From Selaginella moellendorffii (Eukaryota; Plantae; Lycopodiophyta), in assembly GCF_000143415.4 (NCBI RefSeq), contig NW_003314342.1:161299-225298 (forward strand): DNA of 64,000 nt, written 5' to 3'. A program made the translations under genes and the position numbers. This document shows positions 12,183 to 23,948 of this stretch, in pieces. Position 1 is the first letter of the stretch. Every line of letters starts with the position of its first letter. Below the pieces are notes generated by a model. The model had not been told where the DNA came from, made no database searches, and saw only the letters and a list, made by a program, of their open reading frames with translations.

Positions 12183-14665
12183 GGTGCACCAACTTTTATT
12201 TAAAGCGCGCTACAGATCACAACTTAGGAACCTAGTTCCCCCGCACTGCCAAGTCCTCTCACTTGGCAAGCCTGTGATCATGCATGGACTCCTCCATGCT
12301 TGGCCCCATGGCCCACCCTTTTTGAAGTTATCACCTTCAACTAGGGTATTTGTTCCCCTGACTTGCCAATCTCGCTTGGCAAGTCCTCTGACCACTGTAA
12401 CATGGTTCTTGCACAAGCGTGAAAGTCCTTGACCATCGACTTTCGTTCCAAGCCCTCTCTTTGAACACTCGGGAACTACTTCCCTAACCTTGACAGCCTT
12501 GCCTCATGGCAAGCTTCAAGACCACGCTTCTGCTGCGCCACTCTGATTTCGCGCGTTCTATGAACCATTTACACTTGGCCTTTCTAGGTACTAAGCTACC
12601 TAGAATCGTCTTCGGGAACCTTGAAGGAACTCTGTCCCTTAGCTTGCTAAGGCCTCCCTTTTTGCAAGCTTCCCAATTGCCACATAGTCTAACATGGACA
12701 ATTCCATATTTTAGACTCTCCATGGCATCACGGTTGCTAGCGGCAACACCCTCGAGCCCCCACTTGATTCTCCACTCCCAGCTGGCATAACCAACCTTGG
12801 TTATGCCCTTAGATTCCTATGGTTCGGTTCCATCCCCTTACTTCTTGCTTTTGGCTTCACACCTTTCCTTCAGTCATTCTCCTCCAGACCAGGAGGATAG
12901 CTTTGCACTTTCTATCATGCCTTAGCAAGTATTCTTAGGGATGAACCTACCCAATAGCCTAGGGAGTGGTTCCTCAATCCGGGTATGCTCACCTTATAAT
13001 CCCACATACTGGGATTACATTGTTGCTTATGGGCCTTTACATGCCCATCACTAACCTTGCCAAAATTCCATTCTTGGCTTTGTCCAACTCGGGTAGACAG
13101 TCCTCTCCTGTCTCCGCAACCTTGGACATTTGGATAGCACCTTCTATCCATCATTCGCTAGGGACTTAGTCCCTTGGGCTTTATCCATTGCCCTCGCGAC
13201 ATCAAACACCACCTTCTGGTGTTCTAGAGCGTTCGGGTGTCCCAATGATGGCTTTCTTGACAATGAGTATTTCCTTTTATGACATTGACTTACTATATCG
13301 CAACATAAGCAACTTATCCCCCGTAAGGGTATATCCGACTTCCCTATGCTAGAAGTCTTGGGTAGCTACCTTCTACCCGTTTAACCAGTTATTTTGCACC
13401 TCTTGTTTAGTTGCCTCATAGTTGTCAAGTCCTACAACTCATTGCTTGGTGCTTTCACACCTCCATCATTATCTGGGTCACCACACTCCAACTGCATGCT
13501 CTGCAGCTTAGGCTATGCCATTCCCATTTCCATTGGGATTCCTTTGGCAAGGGGTTCTCATGAACCCACCAACATAGCCTCAAGGTACCACACCTTGGCA
13601 CATTCGGTGTCTCCCCACCATCGGCTCCACGAGCCTACCTCTATGACACTTCCCCTTCGTGTTTAAGTCTTTGCCAAGACCAACACCGCTCTTTCTCAGG
13701 CCAACCATCCGTTAGCACTGCACCATAGAGGTCACACACAACTTTGTGTCAAAGTTGTTTTCTTCTAGGAACACCTTTCCCATAACATTAGCATGGCACA
13801 TTTTGCCATCGATGAGATACCCTCTGTTCTCATCCTTAGATCCTATGATCCCCCCCCCCATCCTTCATGGGGTATAACACACCTCAGTCCAAATGCTCCA
13901 ATCAGTCCTTTTAGGACCTTTCCTTGACTCTACTTGAGTCATCCAGCAGTTTTGGACTTGGTTCATCCACAGACCCGTAAGGTCCCACTTGTGAGGTACT
14001 AGCTCACTGGAATACACTTCCTGCATTCCTGTCCTACTCAGAAGGACTATTTTCACAAGTGTTACTCTGACACTTGTTTTTGTTCTCTAGGGCAACCTCT
14101 GCCCCTTAGGACTACTTGTCCATGTGATGAGAATACCAACTCATCTCTAAGTACACCCCCCAACTCCTTGGGTTGTTCCAGCATTTATTACAGGTAGCCC
14201 CGGCTACCATTTCAAGGACTTGAGTCCTCTTCCGTATTTGACCTCCCACGGTCATTACTTCTGGTCTCACATTCATGAGCACCAACCTCAATTATATGAG
14301 GATAATCTTGTGACTCCCTTATTGCTTTGGAGTCTTTATCTTTCCTGTGATCCCAACTTTAGTTGTTTACCACAACTAAATTGGCCCGTTTGCTGAGTCA
14401 AACGCTCATCTGGATCACCTCCTCAACTCAATGAGGAAAACCTTGCACTGTTCCCAAGATCCCAAAGTCGTTCCATTATTGGCCCCTTTTCTATCCACCA
14501 CCTTGTCTACAAGTTCACACATGAACTGTAATGGAGAGCCATGTCTTCCCGACCTGCTACTCCTCAAGGATAGGCCCACTTCTCGGACCTTCCGTTGCCA
14601 ACACCAGTGGTGATATACTTGAGCACCAATAAAAGTCGGACTAAGGAACAGCTCCGATACCAAGT

Positions 14666-16324
14666 TGTAAGCGACTAAATTTTCCATTCTACTTTAGTCA
14701 CTTAACCACACCTCTGACCACTTGGAGGAGTCTCATTCACAACCTCCATAAGTCCAATCCAGGACTTGGGACTTGCTAGCCCCGAGAATGGCATCCATGC
14801 CACTCAACATTTGCACTTGGTCCAAGTGCTCCACGTGTCCAATCCCATGACCGACACTCAAAGGTACCACCGACATAGCAGCCCGTTACGCTAAGGCCAT
14901 GCCCAATCACCTTTGCCACACTGGTAGTCCAATACCACTTGCATCACAGTCTTGGCTCTCCAAGACTAGGCAAACCATCCGTGAGTGGTCATCTCAGATC
15001 CACTCCTTAGCATCCTTAAGACGCCCACCGACAAGGGGAATAGCCTTCCCCAATATCCCTCTGTCAGTCCCCACTAAGTCCCTTTCTGCCCCTGGCTGTG
15101 TTTGCCAACACTGCCACTGGATCAAGACCCACAGGCCCGACCACTAAGTCCCACGGTCCTCTGGGACTTCCTCACCACATGACTGTGTCCTTGGTCACTA
15201 CCCCAGAGGACTGCTCCTCTTCCTTTCCACAGTCTGGGCCTTTGGGACAACATTTCGGAACACCGTGGCCTTACGCGAGCCACCTGGGTACTCTCCTCGC
15301 CTTCTGCCCTTGGGTGCTCTAGCCATGGGCTTAGAGCGGGTTCCGTTGAGCCACACCAGGTATCCAAGTAGGTAGTGCCACCCACACTTGGACTGGGAGC
15401 ATCGGCCAGTCGATCTCCCGGGGGAACTAGAGCCGGCTCTTGAACACTTCACCAAGCTACCCCGCTTGTCGGTCCGTGTTCACTCTAGTCTTGGACTTCC
15501 CAGTGGTCAGCTCATCACCCAACACTGGGTCTGGCCTTCCTTGGCCAAACTGGCCTTTCCTGGCCAAACTGGCTCCACTGGGCTCCAACCCCCACACTCT
15601 CCCTACTATACTTTTGGAACCCCCCGCAGCCCCCCCCCCCCCTGGGGGATGATCGCTTTGGGCTTTCACCCAACTGCCTGTATTAGTATTCGGACTCGGA
15701 CTCGGGCTCGAACTCGGACTCGGACTCGGTCTCGGTCCCGGTTTCGGACTCGGACTCGGTCTCGGTCTCGGTCTCGGCCTCAGTCTCAGTCTCGGTCTCG
15801 GTTCCATCTCGGACTCCATCTCGGACTCCATCTCGGGTCCATCTCGGACTCCATCTCGGGTCCATCTCGGACTCCATCTCGGACTCCTTCTCGGGTCCAT
15901 TTCGGACTCCATCTCGGGTCCATCTCGGACTCCATGTCGGGTCCATCTCGGACTCCACTTCGGACTCCAACTCGGGTCTACCTCGGACTCCACTTCGGAC
16001 TCCAACTCGGGTCCATCTCGGACTCCACTTCGGACTCCAACTCGGGTCCATCTCGGACTCCACTTTGGACTCCAACTCGAGTCCATCTCGGACACTTCCA
16101 CGTGTCATGTGTTGGTCCTTTTGGGTCCCTTTTTGGAGCCTCGCTTTTTGCTCGCTTCATGCTCGTTCCTCGAGCACTTCGTTGGGAGTTCCACTCCCGC
16201 TTTTGATTTTTCAAGTCGGAGCTTTTGGTCCAAACGTGTTACGCTCGTTTGGCTCTCGCTTCGGCCACTACCACGTGGCGCCCTTCCGGCTCCACTTTGG
16301 GGCCTAGGGATTTTGTGTCTCACA
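14666..16324 (-). repeat. 5' LTR of the 7.3-kb element
   Basis: Direct repeat of 8982-10637; adjacent to the PBS. Confidence 0.95.
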
Positions 16325-16407
16325 AAAAGTAGCTTTGATTGTCCTCAAGGAGTGCTTGGATTTAGGATTTTGGTTTAAATCTAGCTTTTGCATAGTTTAA
16401 ATTTCAC

Positions 16408-16912
16408 TTGGAAAAGGGGGTGCACTCTTGTTCATGAGTCCTTTCCCTCTATATTTGAACCTTTATGGATCGTCTCTCGAGTTGTTCCTTTTAGTATTTA
16501 CAATTCACCACGCTTCCCTGCAAGTTCACGCTCTCGTGAATGGAAGCTAAAAGCTGCTTCCTTGCAAGTTCATACCCTCGTGAACGAAAACTGAGAGCTG
16601 CAACTCTCCCGAGAGCCCCACTCTCTTGACACCTTCGGGCCAGATGTTAATTAATATGTGGTGCAATTCCCCTAAGCCAACCAATAGAGTCCTATTTGAG
16701 ACTTCTTTGATACCAAATGTAAGCTCCTGAATTTGGACTTCTCGGGAGGTCACCCGGCTTAATACTATTCAAACCCAATGACACTTAACCCCAAATATCC
16801 CAAAACCTTTCACCGATTGGAAAAGGGAGTGCACTCTTGTTCATGGGTTTTTTCCTTCCATATTTAAACCCCTATGAATCATATCTCAAGTTGTTCCTTT
16901 TTGTTGCTTATA
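16408..16912 (-). mobile_element. Cassandra-like TRIM (5S-containing LTR, PBS, 215-bp internal region, PPT, truncated second LTR)
   Basis: Complete LTR at 16718-16912; PBS TTTGGTATCAAAG (reverse complement of 16705-16717); PPT GGGAAGCGTGGTGAAT (reverse complement of 16503-16518); partial LTR at 16408-16502. The reverse complement of 16735-16789 aligns ungapped at about 42/55 to the plant 5S rRNA A-box to C-box region as I recall it. Confidence 0.8.
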
Positions 16913-19720
16913 TATTGGGGATGATGTGTATCATTGGTTCAATCACTTTAAGGTGATTGCCACATATCATTTTTGGGCTAATGCTCAACATTTGCGTGAG
17001 TTTCCCACGTGTCTTCAAAGGAAGGCATTGCAATGGTATAATGGTTTAAGTGCAGCCACTCGTGTGGATTTGAGCATTCTCCCAGATGTCTTCAAACACA
17101 CATTTGGATATACTAATGATTAACAATTGCATCATCTTTGTCAAGGGCCATTTGAGTTTTTGAGGGTAAAATTATTTTCAAGTATCGAGGTGTGAATATT
17201 CAGTATCAAGAATATGGACAAAATTTTAAATTCTAATCTGAATGCAAAAGTCAACATTATGGCGGATTTAAATGACTTCTTAACTTTAGTAATACAATTT
17301 GGCATTTGTTTCTGGAGCCTCTTGCTTCATGCGGAGTCAAATATGTCAAAGTGGATTAAGTTGGGAATGTTGTAATTAGCACTTCGTTAAAATCTTGTAA
17401 AATTTGTGCATGCACTTACTTTAGCCACCTTTGATGATGCTCTTTTATTAGTATAACATTATGAGACATCCACTTCTTGTTATACATCTTTCAACTCTAA
17501 TTCCTATGAAAGATGGTCTTTTTCCAATAGAGGTTAATGCTACTATTACCCAAGTTCAAAGATAAGGGTAAAGATGTGGTTGTGGCTGTGATGTATACTA
17601 CTAGGCGTGTGATGAAGTTGGTCACACTTATCGATATTGTCTGCATTTTTTAGATTGGTGACCTCCATTTCTTGGGTGGAGACTTTGGTGTTAATAACGT
17701 TTTATTAATGCTACTACAATGGAAAGTTTGGACATTGAGATGCTTCTGAGAAATAAAGAATCATGCGAATAGTGGAAGAGTCTTATACGAATAAGTCAGT
17801 GACTCTTCCAGTTTTCTTTTGAAGTATCATTACGGGGTTCACTCGGCACTAGTTCATCCAGTGTTTATTTTTTAAACTCATTATTATAATAAAAGGTCTC
17901 TTATTATTCTCTCCATATTAGTTAATACAAGCTTGAGTTTATCTTCTATTACTCGGCTTGTTACCACATGATATCATCTACATTTGCGTCAAGCAACAAA
18001 GCCAATTTTCATTCTTTATAGCAATGGCCATATATACGTATGTACATCAGATAAGGCGGACTTAGTTATGCATGCGGGCGATCTCAAGCTTGAGCTATAG
18101 TCATTGTAGGTGGTGCCAAGTGAAGTTTTTGACCTCATTCTTAGTATAAATTGGTTGTAGCACAATCATGCTAATTGTGACTTTAAACTTTCTCCCCCTT
18201 GTTTCATACTTCTTTATATTTCTTCTATTCTTTTCACTTTATTCCTTTATGTCTTTTTACTTTTACATTTGCTTCCATCATTTTTATCTCTTTATTACTT
18301 CCTTTTATGCCTTTATTCCCTCTTTAAATCCCTTTGACGATATTTGTGTTGTAACAATTGATCGGCTTATGAAGTAGTATGCCAATCTCTTTCAATTTGA
18401 CCTATTGTCTAGAGCCAAGATTGCAACATATCATTCTATTCCAGTTAGAGATGCTCATTCAATCAAGATTTATGTTCGTCATCAATCACCAAAAGATATC
18501 AAAATTTTACATGCAAACGTCAAGGAAATGCTGGAAAAGGGTGTTATCCAAAAGTCACAGAGTCATTGGGCGTGTGAACTTCACTTTGTGATGAAGTCTG
18601 ATGAAAGTATTTATTTTTGCATTGACTATTATTCGTTAAACAAAGTGATGGTCTTGAATGTGTACCCTCTTCATCACACTCTTGATCTCATGGATTGTCT
18701 AGGGAAAAGTCATTGGTTCACCAAATTAAATCTTGCTTCTGAGTACTGACAAGTGCTAATGACCGAGGAAAATATTCTAAGACTGTTTTTTATACACTAT
18801 TTAGTTTGTACAAATTCTTGGTGATGTCATTTGGTTTGAATAATGCTTTAACAACTTTCTAATAGATGATAAACAAGGTTATTTACGAAATGCTAGAAGT
18901 GATTGCTGATTTCATCGATGATATCTTGATTCACTCAAAAAGGATATGGAAATAACATATCTATGATATTTGTAAAGTGTTAGATCAGCTACAAGAAATT
19001 GGTTTAAAGTTGAAGCAATCAAAATGCATATTTGGGTCCAAAGACATAACTTATCTTGGGTATTATATATCTCATGAAGGTTTGTAAGTTGATCTTGACA
19101 AACTTGTAGCTGTTCTTAAGTTTTTTACTTCAAAGTGTGTGAATGATGTGCAATGATTTTTAGACAATGTGTAATATCTTAATTGTTTCGTTGATCATCT
19201 TTTTCATTGTATTACACTATTGAGAGCATTGCTAAAGTTGTCAACATCATCTTTCATGTGATCCATGGATTGTGAATAGATGTTTACAGAACTCAAAGAG
19301 TTATAAATAACTCCTCCATTTTTAGTATATCCTAATTACACTCAACCTTTCATTTTATGTGTGGATGCTTTTGATATCAATCTTGAAGGTGTATTGATGT
19401 AAAAGAGCCTACATATGCCTAATTAGTGCCATCCTATTGCATATATTAGCTGTACATTATAATCAATGGAGGTGAACTAATTCACAATAGAGAAGGAATG
19501 TTTAGCAATAGTTTAGAAACTTCATGTATATCTACATAGTTTTCAGAAATTACTAAAAGGTGATTATACTATATTTACTTCATTATTAAAGTGGAAGAAC
19601 TTGGTTAATCATACTACTCGGTGGGCTTTAAAGCTTCAAATATAATTTTGATATTATTTATCACCTGAGGAGTTCTATAGCTGATGTTGACGCTTTTTCA
19701 TGAGCTTCTTTTCCTTCTTC
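16913..19720 (+). mobile_element. Decayed Ty3/gypsy gag-pol
   Basis: Gag-like LQRKALQWYNGL; RT EMLEKGVIQKSQS..FCIDY..LNKV..YPL..FTKLNLASEY and FIDDILIHS (about 18911); RNase H-like CVDAFD...HPIAYIS. Numerous stops. Confidence 0.9.
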
Positions 19721-21725
19721 GCTCTCTTCTTATATTTTTTATGAGTATATTATTTTAGCATCTATGGATTTTTAGACAAGGATTCCGTGATGTCGGTAGT
19801 TGTTGTATTTGATATTTAGTGTCCACAAAGTGCAAAGCTAAATTTACCTTTTCTTGGCAAGGTTTTTAAAGTTTAAAAGATTGAGTTGTAGATCCAAAAG
19901 CTTTATGATAGGTTTGATAATTTTGCATCACTTGCTGATGATTTGCTATTTTGGTATTTACATTCTCAATATCGCATTGAGGATGACCTTCTTTATTTTG
20001 TAAGGATGGATCTGGATAATCGTTTATGGCTAGTGGTGCTATATTCCATGCACTCACAAACTTAGTTAAATTAGACACTAAAGGAAAAAATATAACTATT
20101 GAAGATGAAGACCATATTTGATAAAGAATAGAGAGTAATGTGTTGAAGAGTGCTAAGAATTATTATGTACAAACTCAGCAAAAAGAAGGAGGTTAACCCA
20201 ATCATCATGTTAATTGCCCATTAGTCTGAAGACTAAAATGTGGATAGTTTGTTTTTTATGCAGAAGAGGATAATCACTAACAATATCATGAGACAATCTA
20301 TGAAGATAAGAAATCTACTTGTAAATAAGCTTAGCTAGCTGCTCTCCATCAATTGTGTTTTGATATAGCAAGAAATATATCATTTTGGAAAACCAATCAA
20401 CCACAATAAAGACATTGTCAAATCCCTGAGAATGTGGAATATTAGTAAGGAAATTCATAAAGATAGATTTTCAAGATTCTGATGCTAAGCTTCAAAAGGG
20501 TTTATAATTTCAAATAGGTCCTTATTGAAGACATCATAATTTATCTTTATAATTTTTATTTCTGAGAGTGGAAAGCAATTAGGTGAATTTTGCTATTTGG
20601 TCCCTCTTGCAACAACATAATATCCAAACCAAAATTTGAAACATCTACCTTAACAAAATATTGCTTCATTTTGTTTGAATAAATAAAAACTAGAGAGGAA
20701 GTAAATGTAAATTTAAGAAGGCTAAAAGAAGTCTAAGTAGCAAAAAACCACATAAAAAAGGCATCTTTTATAGTGAGTTACATCAGAAGAAGTGTGATTT
20801 TAGAGGTCTTGAATGAAGCACCAATAAAACTTCATAAAGCTAAAGAAATATTAGATATCATAAATAGAAGTTAAATATAGCCACTCAAGAATAATGGAAA
20901 CTTACTTTTGATCAATATTATTGAATATGCTAGTGAAGTGTTGAACAAAGAGATCAAAATTTTAAAGAATATAATCACTCTTTTCAAAAAAATTGAAGTA
21001 GGAAAAATATATTCTAGTAAGAAAAGATCTAATCAATCCTATACAAGAAGTCAAAAGTGGAATATTGGCTAGGCTATATAGTGATTCAAAACTTTACTTA
21101 ACATGGAAACCATGGAAGATATGGAATTCAAATTGTGTACTATCTATCGTGAATGTGACTTTGGGTATCGAAAGATATTTGTCGACCAGTCCTTACGGAC
21201 ACTCTTTTCTTACTGCCATGACGGCAGGAGGTCGGTACTGTTGGTTCCCTTTATTGGCCCCTCTTGTCCAAGTGTTAGTAAACTGAACTTAGCATCTGTA
21301 CTTGGTTGGATGAGCATAAGGACGGAATTCCTAAGTGTCCATTTGGCCAAGTATACTTGGCCCGGCTTTTTAGTTCTTTTTTGCTTTGTCTTGCACTGGC
21401 TTGGCAAGAACCCTCGCGTATTGAGACTAGTCCCTCAATATTGCCGGATAATAGCTTACCATATCTGCTAAACACCCTCGCTATCACGCCATTTGTGTTA
21501 GTCTCATTTCGGTCCCAAATGCTATTTATGGAAAGTGTCTAGATTCACTCATTTGGCATGTCTACAGAATGTAGAGGTCGGCTTGAACACAATGGTGTTC
21601 ATCTCGTGTCCAAATTCGCAATCTAAAGACATTCCATATTTAGTAAGTTTCTAGCTTGTCCTAGAGACTAACTCCTGGTACTAAGGGAGGCTTGGGGTGA
21701 AAGCCCAAAGCGTGTGTTCCTCATA

Positions 21726-21742
21726 GGGGGGGGGGGGGGGGG
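21726..21742. repeat. G17 homopolymer
   Basis: Directly visible. Confidence 0.9.
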
Positions 21743-23948
21743 TATAGTAAGGATAGTGGTTGGAATGCATGTTCAACCACCTGAGACATTAGTTTGGCTC
21801 CCGCTAGGCTGTGTCACTCCTTGTTCTGCGTCCGGCTTGGGTCTAAGCCCAAGCTCCACACTGCTTTAGTCGGTGAAGTACCCTCCTCCTCGCATTAGGC
21901 CACCGGTATGCCAAAATTGTGCCAGACTCCGTCTGACACCATTTTGCGTGCAAGTGTTGGATACAGAGAGCTGGTGCTTGTGGGATTGTACCGGACCCTT
22001 GTTTCGTAGCGCAACGGGCTTGGAGCTCGGCTCCAAATTCATGTGCGCTACACTATCGAACTTTGTTAGTATACCAAATCTTTGGCTTGGAATGCTATTA
22101 GTGCTAAATAATTTGCAAGTGACGTGTTATATTGGATTGCTCTAATGTTTGATATGACTTCCTTAAAGTATCAAAATTCAAATAGAGTTGTAGAAGATGA
22201 TTTGGGGAAGCTATTGATATCAAAATGTTCAAATTATCTGGAGCTCATTACAACAAAACTACTAATAAAATACTAAAATAATTTTAACAAAATATTAGTC
22301 TATATTGACACTTTTAAGTACAAATTCTGACTTTTATAGGGGCACTAGAAACTAATTTGGTCAACCCCAACCTAATCTAAATAGTTAATTTAAATATGGG
22401 TGCATGCTAATTCTAGATGCCTATAGATGTGCATAGTAGGTCTTGAGTTTTAGTCCCATTAATAGAGGTTTAAGGTTGTGGTCATAGTGGTAAATATATG
22501 ACTTAATAAATAGAGATAAATAACAAACATGTGACAATAAATATATATAAATATAAGAGAGTCATTAGTAATTTGAGCTCTCTCTCTCTCCAGTCACAGT
22601 CACCTCTCATGCTCTCTCAATTCTCATCATGGACTTTCATTCTGGACTGGAGAGAAGATTGTTCTATAGGTAGAATTTATGGCTGAAGGAATCTTTTATG
22701 TGAATTCTTTAGCACAATTGTTGAAAGCTTACTGAGTATTTAAGGGTAAATATTGATGCAAAAAGGTTTTTGGGTAATATAATAAATTGCTATGTGTTGC
22801 ATGTAGCAACACTTGGTTTTCTTAATGATAGTTTTATTATTACTTATTAATCTAATTGATCAAATAAAGTTTATAATTATAATAATTTATAAATACAAGA
22901 TTAATCTTATTGCATATCAACCATTAGATGATAGGACAAAAAATAATATACTAAAAAAGGTTTAAGAACTTTTATAAATTATAAACATGTTTATAAATTA
23001 TAAATACAAGATTAATCTAAATAAATAATAACCGTTAGATGGTAGAATATCCTAGAATATCCAAGCACATTCTAGGTATATTCACTACTAATTCAGTCCC
23101 CTTATAGGTTTTCTTGAGCAAACCAAAAATTCTAAAATAAGTGTTACAGCAAAATTATCCTTAATTCTAACCACAAATTCCTAGATAGGCATTTTCAGCT
23201 TGGCTGCTGGAGTGGTGCTCGTTCCTTCCAGCAGCTATAAAGAGGATTGTGCCTTCCAAAGGTGAAAAATAAGTAGAAGACAGTATTTCAACACTTTGGA
23301 TTCCTCAAGCATTATTACCTATACTTTAGCAACCACATGGCTACTCTCCACTACAAGTTACATCTTGGACTGTTTTTACCTTTCCCAGCTTTTTTGCTTC
23401 TTGGTGAACATGATGTGAAAACCACAAGCATACTATTCATTATAATGTGGTCAACAAACTTCCATAATGGTGTCAATTCTCACCCACCTCGTTATTGTAC
23501 GAAAGAGATTCTAACAAAGATCCAACTTTTAAGCTTTTCTAGGTTGCTAATCGCTTGAACTTCCAGGTTGACATTCTCAAGCTAACTTGGCATGATCACA
23601 ACAACACAATGTGAGTGCAAATAGCCTCAAATGAACGATCCAAGCACTGACACTGCCACTGGATTTGCATATCTTTTCTCGGGTGATATATCAATCTTCG
23701 CATTTACAGTACGAATAAAGAAGTAGTACCCATTGAGTGATCCCCACCCAGCAAAAGGGAGATGCCGGACCACCCACAGATTCTGTCTTGCCCCAAGCCT
23801 TAAAGCATTCAAGGAAGACATTAGCAATTGCTGTTTTTCATTTTTTTTTTAAAAAACGATTTTTCTCTTTTATAGCTGACTCCTCCACTAGCTCCTTACT
23901 CCACCGGATAAGCCGGTCCGGCTGCTCTTCCCTGGAGTGTGGAAGAAG

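Larger units (their letters stand above)
8982..16324 (-). mobile_element. Full-length, apparently non-autonomous LTR retrotransposon (LARD-like)
   Basis: LTRs at 8982-10637 and 14666-16324 (TG...CA termini, about 99.5% identical by eye). Perfect TSD AAAAG at 8977-8981 and 16325-16329. On the minus strand, PBS TGGTATCGGAGC (tRNA-iMet type) follows the right LTR and PPT GGGTGGTGGAG precedes the left LTR. The 4.0-kb interior has no ORF of 100 aa or more lying wholly within it. Confidence 0.95.

Noticed and set aside
16735-16789. Functional 5S rRNA gene
   Set aside because: Only about 55 nt of the internal control region is present, it is embedded in an LTR, and the 5' half and terminator are absent.
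19750-21050. AT-rich, purine-skewed tract that might be a decayed DNA-transposon or LINE ORF
   Set aside because: No diagnostic motif could be recognised by eye.
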